Origin: a phage
Sequence record: PZ379076.1
Length of the DNA stretch: 44,111 nucleotides
Strand: one strand, 5' to 3'
The stretch's first letter is position 1, and each line of letters begins with the position of its first letter. A model generated the notes under the pieces. It was not told the origin of the DNA. It was given only the letters and a program-made list of their open reading frames with translations, and did no database searches. Below are positions 17,458 through 27,575 of the stretch, piece by piece. The translations under genes and the position numbers were made by a program.

Positions 17458-17874
17458 ATGAAACTTTCTGATTTTTATTACGAAGCTGAAGCTGAAAAGG
17501 GTGCACGTATGCCGATACCATTAAAAGACGGTACCGATTCCGGGGAATGGCTTAATGTTGTTTCTCCTGAGGCAGACGTTGCCGTTAAGGCTATGCGCGC
17601 GTTCACCCTTGCATACCGGGCAGTGTTAGGGAAATTAAAACCGCTTCGTGATAAGTGCGAAGAGATGAAAGATTTCTCTGAATACAACCTGAAGATGGAA
17701 GACGCGGCGACGGACCTTAACCGTCAGTTAGCGGTTGAATTGGTTAACGGGTGGAGCCTTGACGACGAATTCAATAAAGAGAATCTGAACACACTCCTGA
17801 CGCAATATAAACGACTCGCGGAACTTGTTGTTGTGTTTCATAACGAACAACTGCACCAGCTACAGGAAAAGTAG
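17458..17874 (+). CDS. tail assembly chaperone (putative, G-like)
   Basis: 138 aa immediately upstream of the tape measure gene; AAAGGA SD. Confidence 0.5.
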   Translation: MKLSDFYYEAEAEKGARMPIPLKDGTDSGEWLNVVSPEADVAVKAMRAFTLAYRAVLGKLKPLRDKCEEMKDFSEYNLKMEDAATDLNRQLAVELVNGWSLDDEFNKENLNTLLTQYKRLAELVVVFHNEQLHQLQEK

Positions 17875-17879
17875 ACGCG

Positions 17880-18239
17880 TTGCTCCAGTTCGCCCGTTGG
17901 AACTTCATAACCCGCCACAAACGGCGGGAATTTGACAGTATCGCCGATGGGCATAAAGCCGCGCTAATTGCTATGGGGGTTATGCAAGACGCGCCGGACG
18001 CAACGCAGGCCACTGGGCCGGAATGCCCCCCTGAACTACTAACCACATTTGAGAAGTACAGGGAAATTAAATTCACCCGCCGAGTGGACGACGACGGCAT
18101 CAAGATGTACCCGCGCGAGCAATTACGATGGTCAGATTTAGTGGCGTACAGCACCGTTTCAGGCCAGAATATAGGGATGTTCGAATCTGACATCATCATG
18201 AGCTTAGACGCTATTTTCGAGGGTAGAAACGATGGCTGA
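17880..18239 (+). CDS. possible -1 frameshift extension of the tail assembly chaperone (T-like)
   Basis: -1 frame open from 17844, overlapping the last 10 codons of 17458-17874 which end ...CAG GAA AAG TAG; track ORF opens on TTG. Confidence 0.3.
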   Translation: MLQFARWNFITRHKRREFDSIADGHKAALIAMGVMQDAPDATQATGPECPPELLTTFEKYREIKFTRRVDDDGIKMYPREQLRWSDLVAYSTVSGQNIGMFESDIIMSLDAIFEGRNDG

Positions 18240-19647
18240 TGTAGCTAGTTTAGTCGTAAAAGTATCAGAGCAAGGCGCGAAAGCCACATCAGACCGTCTT
18301 GATAATCTTTCAAAGTCCGCAAAAGTAGCGGGGGCCGCCGTAGCAGGCCTCGCTTCTATCGTAGCGGCTACCGCGTATAAAGCCGCCCAAGAACTAGTTG
18401 ACTCACAGCGGCAACTGGACAAGATGTCCGCCAGTTTGAAGACCTTAACCGGAAGTACCCAAGGTGCTAAACAGGCGCTAAGTATCCTGCAAGATTTTGC
18501 ACGCGACACCCCATACGGACTGGAGCAGGCGGTGGAAGGCTTCCGTAAGCTGGTGGCCCTTGGCCTTACCCCATCCGAGGAGGCGTTGCGGTCCTACGGC
18601 AATACCGCATCGGCTATGGGTAAGGACCTTAATCAGATGATTGAGGCGGTAGCCGACGCCAGTACGTTTGAGTTCGAACGCCTCAAAGAATTCGGCATCA
18701 AAGCCAAGCAGAACAAAACCGACGTAGAGTTTACGTTCCAGGGAACGACAACCGTAGTTAAGAAAAGCGCTGCCGATATTGAGCAGTATTTACTTAACAT
18801 TGGTAACGTAAATTTTGCGGGGGCTATGGCTGACCAGGCCAACACCCTTAACGGCGCTATCGCGAGTGCCAGTGACTCATGGTCGCAGCTAAAAATGACG
18901 CTTGCCACCAGTCTTGATGTTGGCGCACTTGCTGAACCTATCAGGTATATCGATGACTTGATTCAGGAATTAAACGCGTCTGTTGCTTCCGGTGAATTAG
19001 CCGCTGAAATGCAGATGTGGGGGAACATCGCGTCGGAAGTAGGAAGCGCTATCGAGATGTCATTCGACGCTGCGTTTGGCTTTGTTGGCGATGCCATCAA
19101 CGGGCTTAATGAACTGTGGGATTTCAGCAGCAAGAGTATTACGGATAGCGGAGAACAAACGGCTACTACCATCGCTGAATCCGCCGCCGATGCGCTTGAC
19201 TTCATCGCGGAAGAGTTCACCGCGATGGAGAGATTCTTTGAAGATATGGTTAAAGGCGCGCAGGACGCGGGCCGTCTTGTACGAGCCGCTTTTACCCCCG
19301 GGGAATCAGTAGACGTAGCTAAAAATATCAACTTCCAGCTTGGCCTGGCTTTGGATACCCAGCGCGATGTCGCCGACGTTACGCGTAAAAGTTTCCGCGA
19401 ACAGGTAGAAGCTCAACAGGATATTGTAGCGTTAAAACGCGCGGCGTATGACATCGATAAGGAGTCCGCAAAAGCTGAGGGGTTAAACAAATTTAAGGTA
19501 ACCGGAACTGGCGGCGGTTCTGACGATGACGGGTCAGCCGCAAAAGCCGCTAAGAAAGCGGCGGACGCGTTCGAGCGCCAGAAAAAGCGGCGGAAGACTT
19601 CTACTATCAGTCAATCCATCTTAATGATGACGTATTTCAGAAAATAG
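18232..19647 (+). CDS. tail tape measure protein, N-terminal ~470 codons (frame broken near 19580)
   Basis: Long Ala/Gln/Glu-rich helical ORF after chaperone genes; ends 20 codons after an A5 run. Confidence 0.7.
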   Translation: MADVASLVVKVSEQGAKATSDRLDNLSKSAKVAGAAVAGLASIVAATAYKAAQELVDSQRQLDKMSASLKTLTGSTQGAKQALSILQDFARDTPYGLEQAVEGFRKLVALGLTPSEEALRSYGNTASAMGKDLNQMIEAVADASTFEFERLKEFGIKAKQNKTDVEFTFQGTTTVVKKSAADIEQYLLNIGNVNFAGAMADQANTLNGAIASASDSWSQLKMTLATSLDVGALAEPIRYIDDLIQELNASVASGELAAEMQMWGNIASEVGSAIEMSFDAAFGFVGDAINGLNELWDFSSKSITDSGEQTATTIAESAADALDFIAEEFTAMERFFEDMVKGAQDAGRLVRAAFTPGESVDVAKNINFQLGLALDTQRDVADVTRKSFREQVEAQQDIVALKRAAYDIDKESAKAEGLNKFKVTGTGGGSDDDGSAAKAAKKAADAFERQKKRRKTSTISQSILMMTYFRK

Positions 19648-20570
19648 AAGCTAACCAGGAAGAGCAACTGTCTAAGTTGCAGGACTTCTATAGCAATAAG
19701 CTTCTTAGCGACCAACAGTACGAAAACGCCAAGACGCAGATTATGTTATCCGCGGAACAGGCCCGCCAGGAAGAACTGGATAAGAAAAGGAAGGAGGCCC
19801 AGGAGAATCGGCAGAAAGGCGAGGATTTCATGGCTCAGATTATGGGTCAGAACGCCACCGAGCTTGAGCTTCTGGATATTCAGGAACAGCAGAAACTGGC
19901 AGTAGCCGATAAGTACCGTGAACAGGGTCTTATTAGCGAGAAGCAGTATCAGGCCACGCTTAACGCCATCAACGAGCAGTACGCAACCAAGCGAGCCGAT
20001 GCAACGGCAACCGCTTTCGGCAACATGGCGTCCAATATTGGGTCCGCGTTAGGGGAGGCATCCGGGGCTTATAAGGCGTTCGCTATTGTACAGGCCACGA
20101 TAGCCACGTACACCGCAGCTATTGAGGCGTACAAGTCAACGGCTGCTATCCCTGTTGTTGGCCCGTTCCTGGCCCCTGTAGCCGCTGCCGCTGCCGTTGG
20201 GGCTGGTATGGCGCAGATTTCCGCTATCAGGTCCGCGCGTGAACAGGGCGGTCAGTTATCAGCCGGGCAGGCTTCTACCATCGCTGAACGCGGTAAACCA
20301 GAAGTTATCATGCCCGCTGGCGCGTCGCGTGTACGCACAGCACAGCAGATGAAAGAAATTATGGGGCAAAACGGGTCTTCTTCCGGCCCGTCTAATGTTA
20401 CCATCGTAAACAACACGAGTTCTCAAATCGGCAACGTATCCACTGAGCAAGATGATGAAGGCCGTTTGCGAATCATCATCGAGGAGCAGGTGGCTGCCTC
20501 TTTGCAGAACAGCAACAGCAAGATTAGCAAGGCCCGCAAAGCCACAAGAAATGCGCCGGGGTTTAAATAA
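19554..20570 (+). CDS. tail tape measure protein, C-terminal part in the -1 frame
   Basis: -1 frame opens at 19554 and continues with the same composition to 20570 (track ORF 19677-20570); one extra A in the run at 19582-19586 would fuse both parts. Confidence 0.6.
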   Translation, partial: ESGGRVRAPEKAAEDFYYQSIHLNDDVFQKIEANQEEQLSKLQDFYSNKLLSDQQYENAKTQIMLSAEQARQEELDKKRKEAQENRQKGEDFMAQIMGQNATELELLDIQEQQKLAVADKYREQGLISEKQYQATLNAINEQYATKRADATATAFGNMASNIGSALGEASGAYKAFAIVQATIATYTAAIEAYKSTAAIPVVGPFLAPVAAAAAVGAGMAQISAIRSAREQGGQLSAGQASTIAERGKPEVIMPAGASRVRTAQQMKEIMGQNGSSSGPSNVTIVNNTSSQIGNVSTEQDDEGRLRIIIEEQVAASLQNSNSKISKARKATRNAPGFK

Positions 20571-21973
20571 TGAGCGACTTATATTTCCCACGTAGCCTTA
20601 AGCCAATTGTATCGAAAGGCTACTCAATGACCAGACGTAACAACGTCTGGAGTGTAGATTTAGCTGGTGGCGGTGTACGTCAGGGGCGCGACACGTATTA
20701 CGACGTGTTCCCTGTTAGCGTAACCCTGATTACATCCGCAATGGGGCGACAGGCGTTTCTGTCGTTCCTTGAGAAAGTCAATGGTGGTGCGTCAAGTTTC
20801 TGGATGGCGCACGACTTCGGCATGGGTATTGAGGACTATCAGGTATCCATTACGTCCACCATCGCAGAATCCACCGAAGACGGGATTAACTGGACAATTA
20901 CCTTCACGGCAACCGCCGAGAAATCGCCGTTCCAGAACCTTGAGAACCAGTGCCTGATTAACAATCTGCCGGATTTGTACGGTTGCTACGGGGATTGTCT
21001 GGGTAGTTTCCTAAAAATATACGCCAACTATGAGACGACGTTCCCGCGCATCTGGAGCAATGAAGGCCCCGCTGGGTATCCACCGATTAACCTTCTGGCG
21101 TCGACCCTTGATAGCCGCATTGTGTATGACGGGCCACAGGTCTATTACATCAACCGCAATGGTAATCTTGTACAGTCCGCCGCCAATGAATGGCCCCTTA
21201 CGTTTATTGACGGGGTTGCTGTTGGGCGTGTGCCGCCGGAAGACTCTACAACTAACCTCATAGCCTACTCGTCTGAATTTAGTAATTCTGCTTGGAGTAA
21301 GACGAGAGTTACCGTTTTGGCGTCTTCTACCGTAGCTCCTGACAATGGCACCGCCGATAAATTGGTAGCAACACCGGTAAACGGAGCGCACGTATTGACT
21401 CAACCAATAATACCAATTGGTGCGAGTGACTACTCTGTTAGCTTTTTCATTAAAACTGGTGGTCTGGGAAAATCTATTGTGCAAATAGGTACATTTTCAA
21501 GCCAGACCAACCCTAACCCAGTGAAGATTGACCTTGTCAGCGGAGTTATAACGTCGGCCAATGATTTAACAAGATGCGGGATACTACCTCTCTCAGATGA
21601 TTGGTATTTCGTCTGGACTTCATCAACAACAACTTCATCCCCGAGCAATATACTGGCGACGTGTCTTCTTGCAGACCAGTCCGGTAACACTACATTTACA
21701 GGAAATGATGTGGATGGCGTATACCTGTGGGGTGCAAAATTAGAAAAGTCAGCATATGCTACGTCGCCAATAATCACCAATTCGTCACCTGTAGCCCGGC
21801 CATCAGCATCCGCGAAAGTAACCATGAATAGGGCCGCAAGTATTGACATCACCTATTCCGATGGCACTGTGGTAAACGTTCCGTCTGTAGATGATTACGC
21901 GACTATCCCGCAGGCCAATTCTGCGTGGGGTAGTAAATATATCACTCGTATTGATTTTAATGTGGACGGTTAA
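20570..21973 (+). CDS. distal tail protein (lambda gpM-like N-terminus with long C-terminal extension)
   Basis: 467 aa; N-terminal ...DTYYDVFPVSVTL...FLSFLEKVNGGASSFWM resembles the minor tail protein M pattern. Confidence 0.5.
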   Translation: MSDLYFPRSLKPIVSKGYSMTRRNNVWSVDLAGGGVRQGRDTYYDVFPVSVTLITSAMGRQAFLSFLEKVNGGASSFWMAHDFGMGIEDYQVSITSTIAESTEDGINWTITFTATAEKSPFQNLENQCLINNLPDLYGCYGDCLGSFLKIYANYETTFPRIWSNEGPAGYPPINLLASTLDSRIVYDGPQVYYINRNGNLVQSAANEWPLTFIDGVAVGRVPPEDSTTNLIAYSSEFSNSAWSKTRVTVLASSTVAPDNGTADKLVATPVNGAHVLTQPIIPIGASDYSVSFFIKTGGLGKSIVQIGTFSSQTNPNPVKIDLVSGVITSANDLTRCGILPLSDDWYFVWTSSTTTSSPSNILATCLLADQSGNTTFTGNDVDGVYLWGAKLEKSAYATSPIITNSSPVARPSASAKVTMNRAASIDITYSDGTVVNVPSVDDYATIPQANSAWGSKYITRIDFNVDG

Positions 21974-21976
21974 CTT

Positions 21977-22492
21977 ATGAGCCAGGAATCAGTAGAAGCA
22001 GCCTATCGCCGTAAGCTGGCGTCTAACCCGGACGGCGAGATGGACTATATAACGTTGCAAATCAGTCACCCGTTGCTGTCAAAGACGTACTATCTTGTGC
22101 GCGGGCTACAGGAACTTACGGCAACGCTGGAGACGGGAGAAACAATCACGTTCGAACCTACTCCTATGGAAGCGTCGGGTGCGGCTAACAACAGTGATAT
22201 GGACCAGACGACGACATTTACTTTACCGGATATTCTCAATCAACTTGACGATGAGATGGATAAAATCCCGATGAGCAATACCGAGTTGCCGAAGTTCGTC
22301 TTCCGCCGTTACGTCAGCACCGACCTGTCTTACCCGGCGGATGGCCCTGTCGTGTACGAGTTACAGGCCATCAACCAGGAGAAGGGCGAGTTCTCTGCGG
22401 ATGTCGGTACACCTATGCTGAACCAACGAAGCACTGGTATACTGATGACACCTAAAGAGATACCGTTATTACGCGGCCTGTTGACTACATGA
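21977..22492 (+). CDS. minor tail protein (gpL position)
   Basis: 171-aa ORF in the M-L-K-I order typical of lambda-like tail tips. Confidence 0.45.
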   Translation: MSQESVEAAYRRKLASNPDGEMDYITLQISHPLLSKTYYLVRGLQELTATLETGETITFEPTPMEASGAANNSDMDQTTTFTLPDILNQLDDEMDKIPMSNTELPKFVFRRYVSTDLSYPADGPVVYELQAINQEKGEFSADVGTPMLNQRSTGILMTPKEIPLLRGLLTT

Positions 22493-22854
22493 ATATTAAC
22501 GACTACACGGGAATACCTTACGACTTTCGCAAACGTAATTGCTGGCATCACGTGCGCATTGTCCGCGCGGATGCCGGGTTAGAAACCCCAGCGTTCGACG
22601 TTGCAAGTCCAACGGCGATTAACGAAGCGTTCGACGAAGGACATCGCAACACGAAGGGACTTACAAAAATTGATAAGCCTGAAAACTTCTGTGCGGTGCT
22701 TATGGGGTATCGCCGCGGCGGTCGTATCGTGTGGCACGCAGGAGTTTACTTCGACGGGATGGTGAGCCATTGCGAGCTTGCTTCCCGTCAGGTACGGCTT
22801 GACAGGCTGGCGGATCTCAGAGACACGTACACGGAGATTGAATTTTGGCGATAA
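22489..22854 (+). CDS. tail assembly protein (gpK position, possible Cys/His peptidase)
   Basis: 121 aa; conserved Cys-His (NCWHH) near the N-terminus and His-Cys (SHCE) near the C-terminus; ATGA overlap. Confidence 0.4.
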   Translation: MNINDYTGIPYDFRKRNCWHHVRIVRADAGLETPAFDVASPTAINEAFDEGHRNTKGLTKIDKPENFCAVLMGYRRGGRIVWHAGVYFDGMVSHCELASRQVRLDRLADLRDTYTEIEFWR

Positions 22855-24332
22855 TCCTGCACTACACGCGAAACGCTGATGGCGCTTTCAACCGTACAAA
22901 ACACGTCGGGATGCCGATGGAGTTTGTCGTTAACCGTATCCCGGACGGCGTTCCGGTACGCGTCTATCTTGGCGAGATTGGTGATGATACTGATGTTACA
23001 GACGACTTCGACGCGCTCAAAGACGAGGACGCCGTGTACCACATTATTGAGGGCGCTGGCGGCGGCATTGGCGACGCCATCGGGAGTGTATTCAGTTTCA
23101 TCCTTAAGCCAATCGCCAAATTGTTCGGGCTAAACACAGCGGCTAACGCTAATTATTCCGCTACCAACAATCAGGCTACGTCGCCTAACAACAGTCTCAC
23201 CGACCGCTCAAACAAGCCACGACCTTATGAGCGTTCCTATGATATCTGCGGGACAGTGCAGACCATCCCCAATGACCTGATGCAGACATATAAGGTGTTT
23301 AATGCCGCGGGTGCGCTTATTGAATATGCGTACTATGACGCCGGTCGAGGGTATCTGCATATTGAGGAAGACGGTGTAACGGAGGCGGATACCCGAATCA
23401 GCGAGATAACTGGCTCGTCGGTGACGGTGTATCCCCCTTATACTTCGCCAAATAATACCAGCACCCCACAATTGCATATCGGCGACCCTATAGACCAGAA
23501 ATTGTACGTTACATTTAAAAACGCCGATGTCGATGGCGCTGTTCTTCCCGCACCTAATGACATCGCTATAGACGTGCAGGACTACACTGTCCAGCGGCAG
23601 GGAACAACAGGTGTTGTAATAGGCGATGACGCTGGTTTCGATGAGTTTTTGGCTGTCGGGGACCTGGCATATTTCGATAACGTATATGCGGACACAACTC
23701 CTGGGTCTTTAGGTAATGAGGTTAACTTAGACGGGAGGTACACTGTTCTTTCGGTTAGTGAAACCACCATTATTGTGGACGTCAGTACAAATCAATCAGT
23801 ATGGAACCAGCTAGGGGCGTCTGTGTGGTTTATAGGTGAAGAGGGTAACCATCTTATAGGCCCGGCGGACACTTACGCGGCTTCTCTCTCTGAATGGGCG
23901 TACATCACCCGCGGTACTGTCGACCGTGTTGTAGCCAATGTCGCCGCCAGCAACGGCATGTACAAATACAACGGCGACTATAACCGCGCTTCAGTGACAG
24001 TCGAACTGCAATACCAGATGGTAGATGAATTGAAACAGCCTGTAGGTGACATATTTACCGTACGAGGAACCGTAACAGGCCGGAACACGGATTACACAGG
24101 GATTACTCTTTACGGAAGTTTACCAACTGCTTCCAGATTCCGCGCCCGTATGCGTCGTGTTTCGGACACCGATAAAGATTTTGAAGGTACTGTTAGCGAC
24201 GAGGTTACTTTCACTAATCTGTATGGGCAGTCGCTGGACACAACCCCCACTACGGCAACCGTACTACCGTACACTGCGCCCGTAAACAAACCCCACGTGC
24301 AGCCGAGGTGTCCGAACCGGAACTGCGCATGA
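22845..24332 (+). CDS. tail tip protein with gpI-like N-terminal region
   Basis: 495 aa (TTG start in track); glycine-rich hydrophobic segment GAGGGIGDAIGSVFSFILKPIAKLFG as in lambda I-type proteins. Confidence 0.5.
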   Translation: MAIILHYTRNADGAFNRTKHVGMPMEFVVNRIPDGVPVRVYLGEIGDDTDVTDDFDALKDEDAVYHIIEGAGGGIGDAIGSVFSFILKPIAKLFGLNTAANANYSATNNQATSPNNSLTDRSNKPRPYERSYDICGTVQTIPNDLMQTYKVFNAAGALIEYAYYDAGRGYLHIEEDGVTEADTRISEITGSSVTVYPPYTSPNNTSTPQLHIGDPIDQKLYVTFKNADVDGAVLPAPNDIAIDVQDYTVQRQGTTGVVIGDDAGFDEFLAVGDLAYFDNVYADTTPGSLGNEVNLDGRYTVLSVSETTIIVDVSTNQSVWNQLGASVWFIGEEGNHLIGPADTYAASLSEWAYITRGTVDRVVANVAASNGMYKYNGDYNRASVTVELQYQMVDELKQPVGDIFTVRGTVTGRNTDYTGITLYGSLPTASRFRARMRRVSDTDKDFEGTVSDEVTFTNLYGQSLDTTPTTATVLPYTAPVNKPHVQPRCPNRNCA

Positions 24333-25411
24333 TTGCAACCGAGATGTGCTACAAATACTTAGGTAACGGCGTATTCGATACGGTAATGACACCGAACACT
24401 CAGGCCGTGCAGTCGCTAATCAGGCTGGCGCGTGACCCTGTGGTGGGTAATCTGGAACTGACAACGGCAAATATGGACAAGTTACTTGCCGTGCAGGAAG
24501 AAATTGAGTCGTATTTTGACAGTGAATTAGCCGGGCAGTTCTGCTACACATTCGACGACTACGACACAACCATGCAAGACATCGTTCAGACCATCGCGGA
24601 AGCCGTGTTTTGTACGGCATACCGTAAAGGTGCTGATATTATGCTGCGATTCGACCGTCCTGTTGCGGGGCCTGAGATGGTTTTCACCCACCGCAGCAAA
24701 ACGACCGGTACGGAGAAATGGACGCGCACGTTCAACGATTCGACAACCTACGATAGCCTGTCGTTCTCGTACATTGACCCGGATACAAACGTACAGGAGA
24801 CGATTTATATCCCGGAAGAACTCGGCGCGAACACCGAGGAGTACGAATCGAAGGGTGTACGTAACTATCAGCAAGCGTACTGGCTGGCGTGGCGTCGCTA
24901 CCAGCGCAACACGTTAAGTAAAGTTGTCGTAGAGTTCGAAGCTACCGAAGAAGGCGCTCTCGCTACTCCCGGCGGCGTAATCAGTGTGGTTAAAGGCTCG
25001 CGTATCGCGCCGCAGGATGGTTATGTTGTTGCCGTCAATGGCCTTACGCTGACGCTGTCTCAGCCTGTTACGTTTACTCCTGGTGATGACCATTCCATCA
25101 TCCTCAAGAAGCGCGACGGCTCTGTGCAGAGTATTTCTGTTATCAAAGGAAGCCACGACCGCGAAGTGATTATGCTCTCCGCGCCGGAGGAGGCAATCTA
25201 CACGGGGAATAGCGCACTAAAAACTGAGTTTTCATTCGGCAACGAAGCAAGGCATAATGCTCAGAAGATAGTTGTTTCTTCAATCGACCCCGGCGACGAC
25301 CGCACGGTCAAGATTACTGGTTACAACTATGACGACGGATTCTATAAATACGACGGCGTCGCGCCATACGGCAGCAGCTTCTCCGACGGATTCAGCAATG
25401 GTTTTAATTAA
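24329..25411 (+). CDS. tail tip / host specificity region protein (hypothetical)
   Basis: ATG 24329 overlaps the upstream TGA (ATGA); track ORF 24308-25411 opens on GTG. Confidence 0.5.
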   Translation: MIATEMCYKYLGNGVFDTVMTPNTQAVQSLIRLARDPVVGNLELTTANMDKLLAVQEEIESYFDSELAGQFCYTFDDYDTTMQDIVQTIAEAVFCTAYRKGADIMLRFDRPVAGPEMVFTHRSKTTGTEKWTRTFNDSTTYDSLSFSYIDPDTNVQETIYIPEELGANTEEYESKGVRNYQQAYWLAWRRYQRNTLSKVVVEFEATEEGALATPGGVISVVKGSRIAPQDGYVVAVNGLTLTLSQPVTFTPGDDHSIILKKRDGSVQSISVIKGSHDREVIMLSAPEEAIYTGNSALKTEFSFGNEARHNAQKIVVSSIDPGDDRTVKITGYNYDDGFYKYDGVAPYGSSFSDGFSNGFN

Positions 25412-25423
25412 AGAGGACTCTAT

Positions 25424-27409
25424 ATGTCAAGCGGATGCGGTGACGTTTTAAGCCTGGCGGATTTACAGACCGCCAAGAAACATCAGATTTTCGAGGCCGA
25501 GGTTATCACTGGCAAATCCCGCGGTGTAGCTACGGGTGCAGACATTGATTACGCAACAAATCAGGTTACCGGGCAGACGCAGAAGACGCTTCCTGCCGTG
25601 TTGCGCGACGCGGGTTTTTCTCCGGTGTCATGGGATTTCTCCACAGGCGGCACGTTAACCGTTAACGACCGGGACAAGGTGGTGTATGACCCTGTTAGCA
25701 AAACATGGTACTCGTACGCAGGTACGTTACCAGTTGTTGTCCCTGCATCGTTTAATCCAGTCGGTAACGCTAACTGGAAGCCGCAGACAGACCCAAATTT
25801 GCGTAATGATTTGGCGTCAAGTACCGCCGGTTTAGGGGCTTCACTGGTGTCTTTTTCCAACGGTAACACCGTTGAAACATTATCTGACGCGGAAGGTGCC
25901 AAGAACATAGGCAGTGGCGAAAGGAGTTTGCTTGCACGTAACAATGATATTAAGCATTCTGGCGACTTTTCTACCCTTCAAGCCGCGGTAGATGCGTCGT
26001 TAACTAAAAACGACTTAATTGTTTCTCCGGGTGAGTATACAGAAGCAATCACTCTGGGTAGTAAGCAGATAAAAGGTGTAGGTGGTGCTGCAATATTAAA
26101 ACCATCGGCAAACTATGCAAATACTGTACAGGTTAATTTATCCACCCCGCACTGGCAGTTTCGACACAGCGGTGGTTTTGCCGTAGATGGTACAGGTACA
26201 ACTGGGGCCGTAGGTATTAGTTTTGACCCGTCAGACCAATATTCCGGACGTCATAATTTTAGTGATTTATACATCCACAACATCAACAAGGCCATTCAGA
26301 AGCCTTCCGGGAACATCGGTAATACATGGAGAAATATTGGGGTATCTACGTGTGATTGGGGGTATTACGCGATTAGTGGCTCAGAGATGCATTGCGGGGC
26401 CGATACCCTCTACAATATCCACTTCGACGGCATCTCCACCTATGCCGTCTACCTAAACGGCACTGTCGATAACGGCGGGATAGGCGGATGGTGGCTTAAA
26501 GACTCCATTATTGAGGCTTCCGGAGGCGGCGGGATATATTTAAAAAGCAAATCAGGTGACTGCCCTACATCTCCATGCGGGGTATCCAATGTATGGACGG
26601 AAGCGATTGCAACATCATCGGCTGTTCAGGTAGACGGCGTGGCGCAAAAACCGCGAGTTCTCAAGTTGGTAGACACCGCGATATTCTTTGCTGAGTATTC
26701 TTATCTCAACAACATCGAGCTATCCAACTCCAACTTAGTAACTTATGGTTGCCGTTTTGACAACGCCGATGGTAATCAGGATATTGTAGTGGATGCACAA
26801 AGCACCATCGTAGCCCACGACGTGTATTTAAACGGCAGCTCTGGAAAGGACGTTATTGTAGAGTCTGTCGCGTCGCAATCCGCAACGATAGCCACTACAA
26901 ACTTGTCTCTACGAGGAAATTTAACAAGGGGACGAGTGTTTAATACGCCGACGGGGAATAAGTTAAAAGCTATCACATTTGACTCAGGTAGCCATAATTT
27001 TTCTGGTAGCGGTACCGTTAACGGTTCGACTGTATCTGACGGACTTCACGCCGCTACATGTACCGAATTTTCATTCCCTGGGTCCGGTTTATATGAAATG
27101 GTAGCGTCAAGAACGACACTTACATCCGGTAGATGGTACGTGTGGGGCGTCAACTCTCGCCTCCAATCAGGAACAGCAGATGTGAGTATAACGTTAGGTA
27201 TTACTATGGGTAGCGTTTATACTAAGTCTGGTGAGTGGATTAGCACATTTGGGGTGGGTAAAGCTTCCGCTAACGGTACTGTAGGTCTGTACGTCTCTAC
27301 TGGGGGAGGTTCAGGTGCTGTTATCAGATTTAGTGACTTCTTCATCGCTGAGTTTACGACGCAGGCTCAGGCTTTAGCTTTCGCTAACTCCCGAATGTCG
27401 TTGGCTTAA
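25424..27409 (+). CDS. tailspike / tail fibre with probable beta-helix (depolymerase-like) domain
   Basis: 661 aa; last tail gene; Gly/Asn/Ser/Thr-rich repeats typical of beta-helix receptor-binding proteins. Confidence 0.65.
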   Translation: MSSGCGDVLSLADLQTAKKHQIFEAEVITGKSRGVATGADIDYATNQVTGQTQKTLPAVLRDAGFSPVSWDFSTGGTLTVNDRDKVVYDPVSKTWYSYAGTLPVVVPASFNPVGNANWKPQTDPNLRNDLASSTAGLGASLVSFSNGNTVETLSDAEGAKNIGSGERSLLARNNDIKHSGDFSTLQAAVDASLTKNDLIVSPGEYTEAITLGSKQIKGVGGAAILKPSANYANTVQVNLSTPHWQFRHSGGFAVDGTGTTGAVGISFDPSDQYSGRHNFSDLYIHNINKAIQKPSGNIGNTWRNIGVSTCDWGYYAISGSEMHCGADTLYNIHFDGISTYAVYLNGTVDNGGIGGWWLKDSIIEASGGGGIYLKSKSGDCPTSPCGVSNVWTEAIATSSAVQVDGVAQKPRVLKLVDTAIFFAEYSYLNNIELSNSNLVTYGCRFDNADGNQDIVVDAQSTIVAHDVYLNGSSGKDVIVESVASQSATIATTNLSLRGNLTRGRVFNTPTGNKLKAITFDSGSHNFSGSGTVNGSTVSDGLHAATCTEFSFPGSGLYEMVASRTTLTSGRWYVWGVNSRLQSGTADVSITLGITMGSVYTKSGEWISTFGVGKASANGTVGLYVSTGGGSGAVIRFSDFFIAEFTTQAQALAFANSRMSLA

Positions 27410-27414
27410 AACTA

Positions 27415-27436
27415 AGGCCCCAAACGGGGCCTTTTC
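27415..27436. terminator. bidirectional rho-independent terminator
   Basis: Stem aggcccc (27415-27421) / ggggcct (27426-27432), loop aaac; T-rich on both sides; between convergent genes. Confidence 0.7.
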
Positions 27437-27437
27437 T

Positions 27438-27575
27438 CTACTCTTCTGATAACTTCTCCAGTACAAACGCCAGTTGCGCATTAGCGGCGTCTCTTTGCTG
27501 ACGTAGCCGCAGAACCTCTTCTTCGAGTTCCTTGATACGTTTTTGCAATGCCGGAATTGGGGCTATGATGTTCAT
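27438..27575 (-). CDS. hypothetical small coiled-coil protein (45 aa)
   Basis: ATG 27575 overlaps upstream stop (ATGA); translation MNIIAPIPALQKRIKELEEEVLRLRQQRDAANAQL...; below track cut-off. Confidence 0.4.
   Translation of the reverse strand: MNIIAPIPALQKRIKELEEEVLRLRQQRDAANAQLAFVLEKLSEE

Noticed and set aside
24308-24332. Apparent overlap of two tail tip ORFs in different frames, considered as a frameshift site
   Set aside because: An in-frame ATG at 24329 overlaps the upstream TGA as ATGA, the usual translational coupling of two separate genes; no frameshift needed.
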